Positions 19,107 to 28,830 are shown, numbered from the stretch's first letter. The stretch is 64,000 nucleotides of DNA from Pseudonocardia sp. (GCA_035557575.1 DATMDS010000231.1:209-64208); one strand, 5' to 3'. Numbers and translations are program-made. The notes: a model not told the origin generated them from the letters alone.

Positions 19107-19130
19107 TCGGTCGGTCGGTCGGTCGGTCGG
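19107..19130. repeat. (TCGG)6 tetranucleotide microsatellite
   Basis: Six perfect tandem TCGG units. Confidence 0.9.
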
Positions 19131-19218
19131 CGCGGTGCGCGTCGGACGCGTCGGATGGGTTCTCGGGCCCGGTTCACCGGATCGGACCATCTCGGTGGGC
19201 GAGCGCTCGCTCCGAAAC

Positions 19219-19240
19219 TGTCGGTGTCCGCTCCTAGCGT
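19219..19240 (+). promoter_or_regulatory. PafBC-dependent RecA-NDp promoter
   Basis: TGTCGG-tgtccgctcc-TAGCGT = TGTCGG-N10-TANNNT. Confidence 0.75.
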
Positions 19241-19279
19241 TCCCGGCATCGGTCACGGGACAGCGGCGAGGGAGCCACA

Positions 19280-19558
19280 ATGATCATCGATTGCGACAGC
19301 TGCGCGGTGCGGGGGGACGCCTGCGGGGACTGCGTCGTGGGCGTGTTCCTGGGGATGCCGGGCTCGGCCGCGGAAGCTCCGCCGGGCTCGGACCTACCGT
19401 CCGGCGCGTCCATGGTGCAGCTCGACGCACCGGAGCGGCGCGCGCTCGACGTTCTGGCCGACCAGGGGCTGATCCCGAAATTGCGGCTGGTGGCCGGACC
19501 CCCGCGCCGAGCGTCCTCCGGTTCGGACGGTGCGCCCCCTGCTCGTGACGTTGGGTGA
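19280..19558 (+). CDS. Small conserved Cys4 protein (CxxC-x6-CxxC)
   Basis: MIIDCDSCAVRGDACGDCVVGVFLG..ERRALDVLADQGLIPKLRL; GGGGAG SD; usual position upstream of NlpC/P60. Confidence 0.8.
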   Translation: MIIDCDSCAVRGDACGDCVVGVFLGMPGSAAEAPPGSDLPSGASMVQLDAPERRALDVLADQGLIPKLRLVAGPPRRASSGSDGAPPARDVG

Positions 19559-19807
19559 CATCACGACGTTTCGGAACCCTATCGGGACCGCGGAAGGGGT
19601 GTGCAGAGCGCCGCTGGAGCGCGCCACGCCGAAGATCCGGTGAGATGGACGAGGGCGACCGGTCTCCGTAATCTCCGCGAGACCTTGAGTCGAATCGGCC
19701 ATTCGGAGTGCGTCGACGACACTTGGTCACGATCCACTGCTCCATAAGAACCATCTGGCCGGGTTCTGCGGGGCGGCGATCGCTCGATCGGAAGGGAGTC
19801 CGTTGAC

Positions 19808-20236
19808 GTGCTGTCGGTTCGGGTTCTCGGCGATCGGGTGTCGAGCCGCACCAGCCGGGTCGCGCGTCGAGCAGTGCCGGGTGGGATCGTCGCGATGGTC
19901 GGGCTGGTGGCGATGACCGCCCTGCTGACACCGGCGTACGCGCGGCCCGCGGCGCGACCTGCGCCGGCTCCACTGCCGCCGGGCCGGCCGAACGCCTCGC
20001 CCCCGCCGCCGGCCGAGCCGAACACTGCGGACCTCCAGGTGCCGCCCGGGCCGGCCGAGCCGGCCGGGCCGTCCGCGCCGGCCGCGGCGCCGGGACCGCC
20101 CCCCGCGGAGGCCGCGGTCAGCCACGTCGGCAGCTACGCCGGCGCCGGGAAGATCCTCAACGCCCCGCAGACCGGCGACGCCGTGCGCTACTCGCGGGTG
20201 TCGAGCCAGGCCTTCAGCGGCGTGCGCCGCCTCTAG
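19808..20236 (+). pseudogene. NlpC/P60 (RipC-like) peptidoglycan endopeptidase remnant with internal deletion
   Basis: Signal peptide and Pro-rich linker joined directly to SHVGSYAGAGKILNAPQTGDAVRY..GVRRL; no catalytic DCSG, no coiled coil. Confidence 0.7.
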
Positions 20237-20320
20237 CTTCGTCCGCTCCCCGGGAGTGGGCGGCGGCCGCGCCCCGCGGCCGCCGCCCGACCTCCCCGGA
20301 CGATCGCCTACCGTGCGGAC

Positions 20321-21493
20321 GTGCCCGCCGTGCTGCTGGTCACCAACGACTTCCCGCCCCGCGCCGGCGGCATTCAGAGTTACCTGCAGGCGCTCGCCGA
20401 CCGCCTACCGGCCGGGGAGCTCGCCGTCTACGCCCCGGCCTGGCCCGGAGCCGCGGAGGCCGACCGCGAGCGCGGTTACCCGGTGCACCGGCACCCGACC
20501 TCCCTGATGCTGCCCACCCCGGAGGTCGCCCGGCGGGCCCGGGAGCTGGCCCGCGAGTACCGGGTCGACACGGTGTGGTTCGGCGCGTCGGCCCCGCTCG
20601 GGCTGCTCGGCCCCGGGCTGCTGCGTGCCGGCGTGGCCCGGGTCGTGGCCAGCACCCACGGCCACGAGGTCGGCTGGTCGATGTTGCCCGGAGCCCGGCA
20701 GGCGCTGCGCCGCATCGGCGCCGGTGCCGCCGCTCTCACCACGATCTCCCGGTACACCCGCGACCGGCTCGCCGCGGCCTTCGGGCCGGCCGCGGCGCTC
20801 GAGGTGCTGCGCTCGGGTGTGGACTCCGAGGTCTTCCGGCCCGACCGCGCCGCCCGCGACGAGCTGCGGCGCCGCTACCGGCTGGGCTCGGCCCCGGTGA
20901 TCGGCTGCGTGTCGCGGCTGGTGGCGCGCAAGGGGCAGGACGTGTTGATCCGGGCGCTGCCGAGCATCCGGCAACGGGTGCCGGGGACGCGGCTGCTGCT
21001 GGTCGGCGGCGGTCCGGGCGAGCCGCGGCTGCGCCGGCTGGCTGCCGCGGCCGGGGTGGCCGACGCGGTGCTGTTCGCCGGTCCGGTGCCGGCGGCGGCG
21101 CTGCCGGCGCACCACGCGGTGGCCGACGTGTTCGCGCTGCCCTGCCGGACCCGCGGTGGCGGCCTCGACGTGGAGGGGTTGGGCATCGTGGCGCTGGAGG
21201 CGGCGGCCTGCGGGCTGCCGGTGGTGGTCGGCGACTCCGGCGGGGCCCCGGAGACGGTGCGGGCGGGGGAGACCGGCCACGTCGTCGACGGCCGGCGCCC
21301 GGTCGCGGTGGCCGCGGCCCTCACCGGCTTGCTGGCCGACCCGGAGCGGGCCGGGCGGCTCGGCACGGCCGGGCGGAGCTGGATGCGGCAGGACTGGACG
21401 TGGGCCGGGCGGGTGGACCGGCTCCGGCCCCTGCTGGCCGGCGCATCGACCGTGGCCGGGCCGGGACCCGACGCCGTCACGCCGACTGCGTGA
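20321..21493 (+). CDS. pimB: GT4 phosphatidylinositol mannosyltransferase (Rv2188c/PimB'-like)
   Basis: LLVTNDFPPRAGGIQSY, STHGHEVGW, SRLVARKGQD, EGLGIVALEAAA. Confidence 0.88.
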   Translation: MPAVLLVTNDFPPRAGGIQSYLQALADRLPAGELAVYAPAWPGAAEADRERGYPVHRHPTSLMLPTPEVARRARELAREYRVDTVWFGASAPLGLLGPGLLRAGVARVVASTHGHEVGWSMLPGARQALRRIGAGAAALTTISRYTRDRLAAAFGPAAALEVLRSGVDSEVFRPDRAARDELRRRYRLGSAPVIGCVSRLVARKGQDVLIRALPSIRQRVPGTRLLLVGGGPGEPRLRRLAAAAGVADAVLFAGPVPAAALPAHHAVADVFALPCRTRGGGLDVEGLGIVALEAAACGLPVVVGDSGGAPETVRAGETGHVVDGRRPVAVAAALTGLLADPERAGRLGTAGRSWMRQDWTWAGRVDRLRPLLAGASTVAGPGPDAVTPTA

Positions 21494-23312
21494 CCCCGGC
21501 GTACAACCTGGCGATGTCGTCGGCGTGGTTCGCCGCCACCACCGCCCGCTTGATCTTCAGCGTCGGCGTCAGCTCGCCGCCGGCCTGGGTGAAGTCCGTG
21601 GGCAGGATCCGGAACTCGCGGATCTGCTCGGCCCGCGACACCGCCTGGTTGGCCTCGGCGACCGCGGCTCCGATGTCGGCGCGCAGCTGCGGGTCGTCGA
21701 CCAGGTCACCGGCGTCGCCGCCGCCCGTCCGGCCGTTGCGCTGCCGCCAGCCGGGCAGCGCATCCGCGTCGATGGTGATCAACGCTCCGATGAACGGCTT
21801 GCCGTCGCCGACGACGATGCACTGGCTGACCAGCGGATGCGCCCGCAGCCGGTCCTCCAGCACGGCCGGCGCCACGTTCTTGCCGCTGGCGGTCACGATC
21901 AGCTCCTTCTTGCGGCTGGTGATCCGCCGGAAGCCGTCGGGGTCCAGCTCGCCGACGTCGCCGGTGTGGAACCAGCCGTCGGTGAACGCCTCGGCGGTCG
22001 CCGCGTCGTTGCGCCAGTACCGGCTGAAGACGATCGGCCCGGACACCAGTACCTCGCCGTCGTCCGCGATCCGCACGCCGTGCCCCGGCACCGGCCGCCC
22101 CACGGTGCCGATGCGCTGCTCGTCGAGCGTGTTGACGGTGATCCCGGCCGAGGTCTCGGTGAGCCCGTAGCCCTCCAGAACCGGCAGGCCCACCCCCCGG
22201 AAGAAGTGCCCCAGCCGCTCGCCCAGCGGAGCGCTGCCGGACACCGAGGCCAGCACCCGGCCGCCCACCGCGGCCCGCAGCTTCCGGTACACCAGCCGGT
22301 CGAAGACGGCGTGCCGGGCCGCGAGCAGGAGTCCGGGACGGCCACCGCCGTCGCGGGCCTTGCTCCAGGCCACCGCGACGTCGGCCGCGGCGTCGAAGAT
22401 CCGGCCCTTGCCGGCGTCGTAGGCCCGCTGCCGCGCGCCGTTGTAGACCTTCTCGAACACCCTGGGCACCGCGAGCAGGAACGTCGGACGGAACGAGCCG
22501 AGGTCGTCGACCAGGTTCTGCACGTCCGACGTGTGACCGACCCGGGTGCGGGTGGCCAGTGCCCCGCACTGGATGGCCTTGCCGAACACGTGCGCCAGGG
22601 GCAGGAACAGCAGCACCGAGCCGGCCGGGTTCAGCAGCTGCGGGAACACCAGCGCGACCGTCCGGACCTCGGACAGCATGTTGCGGTGGCTCAGCTCGCA
22701 GCCCTTCGGGCGGCCCGTGGTGCCGGAGGTGTAGATCAGCGTGCACAGGTCGTCGGCCCGGACCGCGGCGCGGCGGTCGTGCACGTCCTGCGCGGTGGCG
22801 TGCGCGCCCAGCGCGACCAGCTGCTCGATCGCCCCCGGCGTGCCGGCCGCCCCGGCCGGCGGCTCGAGCTGCCAGCTGCGCCGCAGCTCGGGCAGCTCGT
22901 CGCGGGCCGCCTCGACCACCGCGCTGCCGGCCGCCCCTTCCACCACCACCGCGACCGCGCCGGAGTCGGAGAGGATCCACCGCACCTGCTCGTCGGAGGA
23001 GGTCTCGTAGATCGGCACGGTGACCGCGCCGGCGGCCAGGATCGCGTAGTCGACCAGCGTCCACTCGTAGCGGGTGTGTGACATCAGGGCCACCCGGTCG
23101 CCGGCGCCGATCCCGGCCGCCACCAGGCCGCGGGCCACCGCGGTCACCTCGTCGGCGAACGCGGCGGCCGTGACGTCCTGCCAGCCTCCGTCGCTGGCCC
23201 GCCGGCAGTAGAGCACCGCGTCCGGGTGCTGGGCGGCGATGTCGTACACCGCGTCGACGAGGCTCTCGTCCTCCTCGACGCTCACGCTCGACGGGACGCT
23301 GTACTCACGCAC
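21477..23312 (-). CDS. fadD: Long-chain fatty acid-CoA ligase (FadD15-like)
   Basis: IYTSGTTGRPKG, EGYGLTET, WFHTGDVG, RKKELIVTASGKNVAP; start VREYSVP with AGGAGG SD. Confidence 0.9.
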   Translation of the reverse strand: MREYSVPSSVSVEEDESLVDAVYDIAAQHPDAVLYCRRASDGGWQDVTAAAFADEVTAVARGLVAAGIGAGDRVALMSHTRYEWTLVDYAILAAGAVTVPIYETSSDEQVRWILSDSGAVAVVVEGAAGSAVVEAARDELPELRRSWQLEPPAGAAGTPGAIEQLVALGAHATAQDVHDRRAAVRADDLCTLIYTSGTTGRPKGCELSHRNMLSEVRTVALVFPQLLNPAGSVLLFLPLAHVFGKAIQCGALATRTRVGHTSDVQNLVDDLGSFRPTFLLAVPRVFEKVYNGARQRAYDAGKGRIFDAAADVAVAWSKARDGGGRPGLLLAARHAVFDRLVYRKLRAAVGGRVLASVSGSAPLGERLGHFFRGVGLPVLEGYGLTETSAGITVNTLDEQRIGTVGRPVPGHGVRIADDGEVLVSGPIVFSRYWRNDAATAEAFTDGWFHTGDVGELDPDGFRRITSRKKELIVTASGKNVAPAVLEDRLRAHPLVSQCIVVGDGKPFIGALITIDADALPGWRQRNGRTGGGDAGDLVDDPQLRADIGAAVAEANQAVSRAEQIREFRILPTDFTQAGGELTPTLKIKRAVVAANHADDIARLYAGVTQSA

Positions 23313-23425
23313 GCTCGGCCTCCTGCCCACGCCCTCATTGCAGAACGTACCGTGCGCCCGCGCCCGCGCCGGCCATTCGCTCGGGTGACTACCGGCCGCC
23401 CGGAGGTCGCGTAGATTCGATGTTC

Positions 23426-24214
23426 ATGCGCGTGCACGTGGTGTCGGACGTGCACGGCAGCGCCGAGGCGCTGGCCCGCGCGGGTGACGGGGCCGACGCC
23501 CTGATCCTGCTCGGCGACCTTCTCGAGTACGTCGACTACCACGACCCGGCGGCCGGGATCATCGGGCGGGTGCTCGGCCCCGAGGTGAGCGCCGAGTTCG
23601 GGCGGTTGCGGGCCGCCGGCGGGCCGGGTGAGCTCGTGCGCTTCATCACCGCCGCCTGGGCCGGGGTCCCGGACGCCGCCGCGGTCGTCGAGCGGGCCAT
23701 CGCGGAGCAGTACGACCGGATCTTCGGCGCGCTGACCGCCCCGACCTTCGCCATCCCGGGCAACGTCGACCTGCCGTCGCTGTGGCCGGCCTACGCCCGG
23801 CCGGGCCTGTGCCTGGCCGACGGTCGGGTGGTGTCCATCGGCGGGCTGCGCTTCGGGTTCGTCGGCGGGGTGCCGCTGCCGCCCGGCCGGGAGCCGCGCC
23901 GCGGCGGTCCGTGGACGCCGCACCTGCGCACGGCGGCGGACTACGCCGCCGCGGTGCACGCCCTGGCCGATGTCGACGTGCTGTGCAGCCACGCCCCGCC
24001 CGCGGTGCCCGTCCTGGCCTACGACGTCCTGTCCCGGCGGGCCGAGGCCGCCTCGCCCGCGCTGCTGGAGCTGGTCCGTCGGGACCGGCCCCGCGCGGCG
24101 CTGTTCGGGCACGTGCACCAGCCGCTGGCCGCGCGGGTGCGGATCGGGCAGACCGAGTGCGTGAACGTCGGGCACTTCCGCGAGACCGGGCAGCCGTACC
24201 TGCTGCGCTGGTGA
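23426..24214 (+). CDS. Calcineurin-like metallophosphoesterase
   Basis: SDVHG, LGDL, PGNVD, SHAPP, FGHVHQP. Confidence 0.85.
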   Translation: MRVHVVSDVHGSAEALARAGDGADALILLGDLLEYVDYHDPAAGIIGRVLGPEVSAEFGRLRAAGGPGELVRFITAAWAGVPDAAAVVERAIAEQYDRIFGALTAPTFAIPGNVDLPSLWPAYARPGLCLADGRVVSIGGLRFGFVGGVPLPPGREPRRGGPWTPHLRTAADYAAAVHALADVDVLCSHAPPAVPVLAYDVLSRRAEAASPALLELVRRDRPRAALFGHVHQPLAARVRIGQTECVNVGHFRETGQPYLLRW

Positions 24215-24249
24215 GCAGAAGCCTGCTGCGGCCCCGGTAGCCTGCGCCA

Positions 24250-24690
24250 ATGGCTGACGCGACGTCCTCCTCGATCACCATCGCAGCGCCGCCCGAGCGC
24301 GTGATGGAGGTGATCGCGGACTTCCCGGCCTATCCGGAGTGGGCCGGCCAGGTCAAGAGCGTCGAGGTGCTGGAGCAGGCTCCGTCGGGCCGGGCCGAGC
24401 AGGTCCGCTTCACCATGGACGCCGGGCCGATCAAGGACTCCTACACGCTGGACTACACCTGGGCGCCGGACGGCCGCTCGGTGAGCTGGACACTGGTCAA
24501 GGGGCAGATCCAGCGTGCCCAGAACGGTTCCTACGTGCTCTCCGGCACCGACGCGCAGACCACCGTGACGTACTCGCTGGCCGTCGACCTGAACATTCCC
24601 ATGATCGGCATGTTGCGCCGCAAGGCCGAGAAGGTGATCATCGACACGGCGTTGAAGGGCCTCAAGCGCCGCGTCGAGTCCGTCGGGTAG
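24250..24690 (+). CDS. SRPBCC/START (polyketide cyclase-like) protein, Rv2185c/Rv2186c-like
   Basis: SSITIAAPPERVMEVIADFPAYPEW..RRKAEKVIIDTALKGLKRRVE. Confidence 0.85.
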   Translation: MADATSSSITIAAPPERVMEVIADFPAYPEWAGQVKSVEVLEQAPSGRAEQVRFTMDAGPIKDSYTLDYTWAPDGRSVSWTLVKGQIQRAQNGSYVLSGTDAQTTVTYSLAVDLNIPMIGMLRRKAEKVIIDTALKGLKRRVESVG

Positions 24691-24752
24691 CGCGCCCGCC
24701 GACGGGAACCGCGCCTGCGCGCCGGCGCCGAACCGGCAGCTACCCTCGGCTC

Positions 24753-25982
24753 GTGCGGGTTGTGCTGTTCACGGGCAAGGGCGGCGTCGGCAAGACGACG
24801 CTGGCCGCGGCCACCGCCGCGCAGCTGGCCCGCTCCGGGCGCAAGGCGCTGGTGATCTCCACCGACCCCGCGCACTCGCTCGGCGACGCGCTGGAGGCCG
24901 AGCTGGGCCGCGACCCGGTGGAGCTCGAGCCCGGGCTGTACGGCGCCCACATCGACACCCGCGCCCTGCTCGACGACTCCTGGGGGGCGCTGCAGGCGCA
25001 CCTGCGCACCCTGCTCGCCGGCGCCGGCGTCGACGAGCTGGTGGCCGACGAGCTGACCGTGCTTCCCGGGGTCGAGGAGCTGCTCGCGCTGGGCGAGGTG
25101 CGCCGGGCCACCGAGTCGGGGCCGTGGGAAGTGGTGGTCGTCGACTGCGGGCCGACCGCGGAGACCCTGCGGCTGCTCGGGCTGCCCGAGGCCCTGTCCG
25201 GGTACCTCGAGCGGTTGTTCCCCGCGCACCGGCGGGCGGTCCGCGGCCTGCTGGCCGGGCTGTCCGGCGGCGGCCGGGACGCGCAGCCGGCCTGGGACCG
25301 CGCGGTCGACGCGCTGGACGGGCTGGCCGAGCAGCTCACCGGCCTGCGCGGGCTGCTCGCCGACCGGAACACGTCGATCCGGCTGGTACTGACCCCGGAG
25401 CGGGTGGTGGCGGCCGAGACCCGGCGCACCCTGACCGCGCTCGCGCTGCACGGGCTGCGCGTCGACGGGCTGGTCGCCAACCGGGTGCAGCCGGCGCCGC
25501 CGCGGTCGTTGCGCGGCCCGGCCGCGCGCTGGCTGCGGGAGCGGCACACCGAGCAGCAGGCGGTGCTGGCCGAGCTGCGCGGGCTCGCGCTGCCGATCCG
25601 GACCGCCCGCTACGCCGCGGCCGAGCCGACCGGCGTCGCGGCGCTGCTGGAGGTGGCGAGGTCGCTCTACGGCGCCGACGACCCGGCGGCGATCGGCGCG
25701 GCCGCCCCCCCGCTGCTGACGGTGCGCCGCACCCGCGGCACCGGCACCGGCCTCGACTCCGAGTACGAGCTCGTGCTGCGGCTGCCGGGCGCCGAGGGCG
25801 CGCCGCTGGAGCTGGCCCGGGTCGGCGACGAGCTGGCGGTCACCGCCGGTGGCAGCCGCCGGATGGTCGCGCTGCCGGCGGTGCTGCAGCGCTGCGCGGT
25901 GACCGCGGCCCGGCTGCACGGCGACGACCTGTGCGTGGTGTTCGAGCCCGACCCGGCGCTGTGGCCGGCGAGCCGGCCGTGA
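24753..25982 (+). CDS. ArsA/Get3-family ATPase (Rv2184c-like)
   Basis: FTGKGGVGKTT, STDPAHSLGD, VDCGPTAET, ANR; C-terminal HSP20-like segment. Confidence 0.88.
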   Translation: MRVVLFTGKGGVGKTTLAAATAAQLARSGRKALVISTDPAHSLGDALEAELGRDPVELEPGLYGAHIDTRALLDDSWGALQAHLRTLLAGAGVDELVADELTVLPGVEELLALGEVRRATESGPWEVVVVDCGPTAETLRLLGLPEALSGYLERLFPAHRRAVRGLLAGLSGGGRDAQPAWDRAVDALDGLAEQLTGLRGLLADRNTSIRLVLTPERVVAAETRRTLTALALHGLRVDGLVANRVQPAPPRSLRGPAARWLRERHTEQQAVLAELRGLALPIRTARYAAAEPTGVAALLEVARSLYGADDPAAIGAAAPPLLTVRRTRGTGTGLDSEYELVLRLPGAEGAPLELARVGDELAVTAGGSRRMVALPAVLQRCAVTAARLHGDDLCVVFEPDPALWPASRP

Positions 25983-26392
25983 GCGGCGACCAGGGCGGGC
26001 CCGGCGGCGGACCCGCGAGCGGGCGTCCCGGCGGCGCGCGCTCCTGCGACGAGCATCCCGGGCTGGCGGCCGAGCTGCGCGCGCTGGTCCTGGCCGCGCT
26101 CGACCGATGGGAGCCCGCGCTGGTCCGGCTGCGCGACGAGACCGGCCCGTCCGCACCCGGCGCGGCGGCCTGCGTCGGGTGCCCGGTCTGCGCGCTGCTG
26201 GCCATGCTCCGCGGCGAGCGCGGAGAGCTGACGCCACGCCTGGCGGAGCAGTTGGCGGGGCTGCTGGCGGTGCTGCGGGCCGCGCTGGAGGAGGGCGACC
26301 CGGCCGGGCGCCCGGAACCGGCACCGGAACCCGCGCCGGCCGCTCCCCGGCGCCGGGTGCAGCGCATCCCGATCGAACGGGTGGCGCCGTGA
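25979..26392 (+). CDS. Conserved hypothetical with CxxCPxC (Rv2183c-like)
   Basis: GTGA overlap with ArsA stop; ACVGCPVCALLAMLRGE..VQRIPIE. Confidence 0.7.
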   Translation: MSGDQGGPGGGPASGRPGGARSCDEHPGLAAELRALVLAALDRWEPALVRLRDETGPSAPGAAACVGCPVCALLAMLRGERGELTPRLAEQLAGLLAVLRAALEEGDPAGRPEPAPEPAPAAPRRRVQRIPIERVAP

Positions 26393-26465
26393 GCCCTGGT
26401 CGCGGCGGCGGCGGGGCGACCGGGCAGGATGCGCCCGTGCCCGTGACGTCGCCGCCCGGCCCACC

Positions 26466-27410
26466 GTGCTGACGATCGGGGTCGATGTCGGGGGAACCAG
26501 CGTGCGGGCCGGCGTCGTCGACGGGTTCGGCACCGTGCACGACACCGCCAGCGCACCCACCCCGCGCAGTGTGGCCGCACTGGAGGCCGCCCTGGCCGGC
26601 GTGATCACGGAGCTGACCGGCCGGCACCGGGTGGACGCCGTCGGGCTGGCCCTGGCCGGCTTCATCACCCCGGACCGGCGCACCGTCCGGTTCGCCCCGC
26701 ACCTGTCCTGGCGCGACGCACCGGTGGCCGAGCGGATCTCGACCCGGATCGGGATGCCGGTGGTGCTGGAGCACGACGCGAACGCCGCCGCGCTCGCCGA
26801 GCGGCACTTCGGGGCCGCGGCCGGGGCGTCGACCGTGGTGTTCCTCGCGCTCGGTACCGGGATCGGGTCGGCGCTGCTGCTGGACGGGGAGCTGTTCCGG
26901 GGGGCGTTCGGAGTGGCGCCCGAGCTCGGGCACCTGCGGGTGGTGCCCGACGGACGACCCTGTGCCTGTGGCAAGACCGGCTGCTGGGAGCGCTACTGCA
27001 GCGGCACCGCGCTGGCCACCACCGCCGTCGAGCTGCTGGCCCGCGACCCCAATCGGTCCCCGGTGCTGCACCGGTTGCTGCGTGACCAGGGCCGGGTCAC
27101 CGGACGGCTGGTCGCGGCGGCCGCCCGCGACGGCGACCCGGTGGCCTGTGCCGCGATGGACGAGCTGGCGCGCTGGCTGGGGGAGGGTCTCGCGCTGGTG
27201 GCCGACACGTTCGACCCGGAGGTGGTGGTGATCGGCGGCGGGGTGTCGATGTCGGCCCCGCTGTTCCTGGACGAGGCCCGCGAGCACTACGCGTCCCGGA
27301 TCACCGGGGCCGGTCGCCGACCGCTGGCCCGCATCCGCACCGCGCAGCTCGGGGAGGCGGCGGCGGTGGTGGGCGCGGGGCAGCTGGCCCGGGAGGCGGC
27401 CCAGCCCTGA
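26466..27410 (+). CDS. glkA: ROK family glucokinase
   Basis: GVDVGGT, EHDANAAALAE, LGTGIG, ELGH..CACGKTGCWE. Confidence 0.88.
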   Translation: MLTIGVDVGGTSVRAGVVDGFGTVHDTASAPTPRSVAALEAALAGVITELTGRHRVDAVGLALAGFITPDRRTVRFAPHLSWRDAPVAERISTRIGMPVVLEHDANAAALAERHFGAAAGASTVVFLALGTGIGSALLLDGELFRGAFGVAPELGHLRVVPDGRPCACGKTGCWERYCSGTALATTAVELLARDPNRSPVLHRLLRDQGRVTGRLVAAAARDGDPVACAAMDELARWLGEGLALVADTFDPEVVVIGGGVSMSAPLFLDEAREHYASRITGAGRRPLARIRTAQLGEAAAVVGAGQLAREAAQP

Positions 27411-27445
27411 GCCGGCTCCGGCCGGGCGAGTTCAGCGGGGTGGGA

Positions 27446-27883
27446 TCAGAGGACGGCGCCGTCGTCGGGATGGCGGCCGTCCGCCGGCACCGGCGGGTCC
27501 GGCCACAGCCGCAGGATCAGCCAGCTCAGCCCGGCGGCGATGGCGACCAGGCCGAGCGGCAGCCCGTAGTCCGACGGCACGCCCAGCCACTCGGGGGCGA
27601 TCACCAGCAGCAGCCCGAGGCCGAGCAGCGTCAGCCCGACGATGGCCGGCGGACCGATCGGCGGCAGCGGGGGCGGCTCCGGCGGGACGTAGTGCTCCTC
27701 GTCAGCGGGTGCCGGGGTGTCGGCCGGCTGCGCGGGCTCGAACAGCGAGGACGGGCCCGGCTCGGAGTCCGTGGGCCAGGCCGGCACGTCACCCTCACGC
27801 CGCCACCCGGCGACGATCGCCTCGAAGTCGTTCTCGGCGGCCGGGCCGCCGGGCTGCGCGCGCTCGTCGGGATCCCGGTTCAC
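27446..27883 (-). CDS. Conserved hypothetical membrane protein
   Basis: DFEAIVAGW, EEHYVPPEPPPLP, two TM helices, DDGAVL C-terminus. Confidence 0.75.
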   Translation of the reverse strand: MNRDPDERAQPGGPAAENDFEAIVAGWRREGDVPAWPTDSEPGPSSLFEPAQPADTPAPADEEHYVPPEPPPLPPIGPPAIVGLTLLGLGLLLVIAPEWLGVPSDYGLPLGLVAIAAGLSWLILRLWPDPPVPADGRHPDDGAVL

Positions 27884-28068
27884 GCGGCCTCCTCACGTCT
27901 GTCCGCGGCCGGTGCCGTCACCAGCGGGCCCCATCCTTGCACGGCGGGCGGAAGCGGCGGGTGGTGAAATGCGACCTGCGTCCGGAACCGATTTGCCGGC
28001 CGGGCCGTTGTCCCGCGCTGCGGCCCGTCCGTAGGCTGGCGTCGTCGATGGGGAAGGGGCACACCCAG

Positions 28069-28830
28069 GTGCTGTACTGGTGGTCCAAGTTCGTGCTCCT
28101 CGGGCCGTTGCTCCGAATCCTGTGCCGGCCGACCATCGAGGGCATTGAGCACGTCCCCGAACGCGGCGGCGCCATCCTGGCCAGCAACCACCTGGCCGTC
28201 GTCGACTCCTTCTTCCTGCCGCTGCTGGTACCGCGGCGGATCACGTTCCTGGCCAAGCGGGAGTACTTCACCCAGCCCGGCCTCGTCGGCTGGTTCAAGA
28301 AGCAGTTCTTCTTCGGGGTCGGTCAGGTGCCGGTGGACCGCTCCGGCGGTTCGGCCGCGCAGGCCGCGATGGACACCGCGGTGCGGCTGCTGCGCGAGGA
28401 GAAGCTGCTGGGCATCTACCCGGAGGGCACCCGTTCGCCCGACGGGAGGCTCTACAAGGGCAAGACCGGAGTGGCGCGGATGACCCTGGAGGCGGGCGTC
28501 CCGGTGGTCCCGGTGGCCATGATCGGCACCGACCGGGTCAACCCGATCGGATCCCGGATGTGGCGCCCGCACAAGGTGCACATTCGGATCGGCGCACCGC
28601 TGGACTTCAGCCGCTACGCCGGAATGGCCGGCGACCGGTTCATCGAGCGCTCGATGACCGACGAGATCATGTACGCCCTGATGGAGCTGTCCGGGCAGAC
28701 CTACGTGGACATGTACGCGGCCTCGGTGAAGGAGCGGGCGGAGAAGGAGAAGCAGGCCCGCCGTCAGCACGGCGGCCGCGGACCGGACGGACGCGACGCC
28801 ACTCGGCTGCCCGGCACGCGGGCCAGCTGA
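28069..28830 (+). CDS. plsC: 1-acyl-sn-glycerol-3-phosphate acyltransferase
   Basis: SNHLAVVD, FLAKREYF, YPEGTRS motifs. Confidence 0.9.
   Translation: MLYWWSKFVLLGPLLRILCRPTIEGIEHVPERGGAILASNHLAVVDSFFLPLLVPRRITFLAKREYFTQPGLVGWFKKQFFFGVGQVPVDRSGGSAAQAAMDTAVRLLREEKLLGIYPEGTRSPDGRLYKGKTGVARMTLEAGVPVVPVAMIGTDRVNPIGSRMWRPHKVHIRIGAPLDFSRYAGMAGDRFIERSMTDEIMYALMELSGQTYVDMYAASVKERAEKEKQARRQHGGRGPDGRDATRLPGTRAS

Noticed and set aside
17439-19280. Apparent 1188-aa fusion extending the DEDDh/GIY-YIG gene
   Set aside because: The extension is antisense to the NYN gene; the promoter motif places the start at GTG 17438.
17580-19558. NYN/PIN toxin with small antitoxin
   Set aside because: The NYN protein is the conserved coiled-coil YacP-type; the genes are 300 bp apart with a hairpin and a separate promoter between them.
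19560-19807. Possible c-di-AMP (ydaO) riboswitch or MtrA sites upstream of the NlpC/P60 remnant
   Set aside because: The ydaO consensus blocks are not recognisable; GTGAC/GAGAC-like repeats are present but too degenerate to call without a matrix search.
24753-25982. Arsenic-resistance operon
   Set aside because: Single-domain ArsA/Get3-like ATPase without arsB/arsC/arsR, in the conserved lipid-related context.
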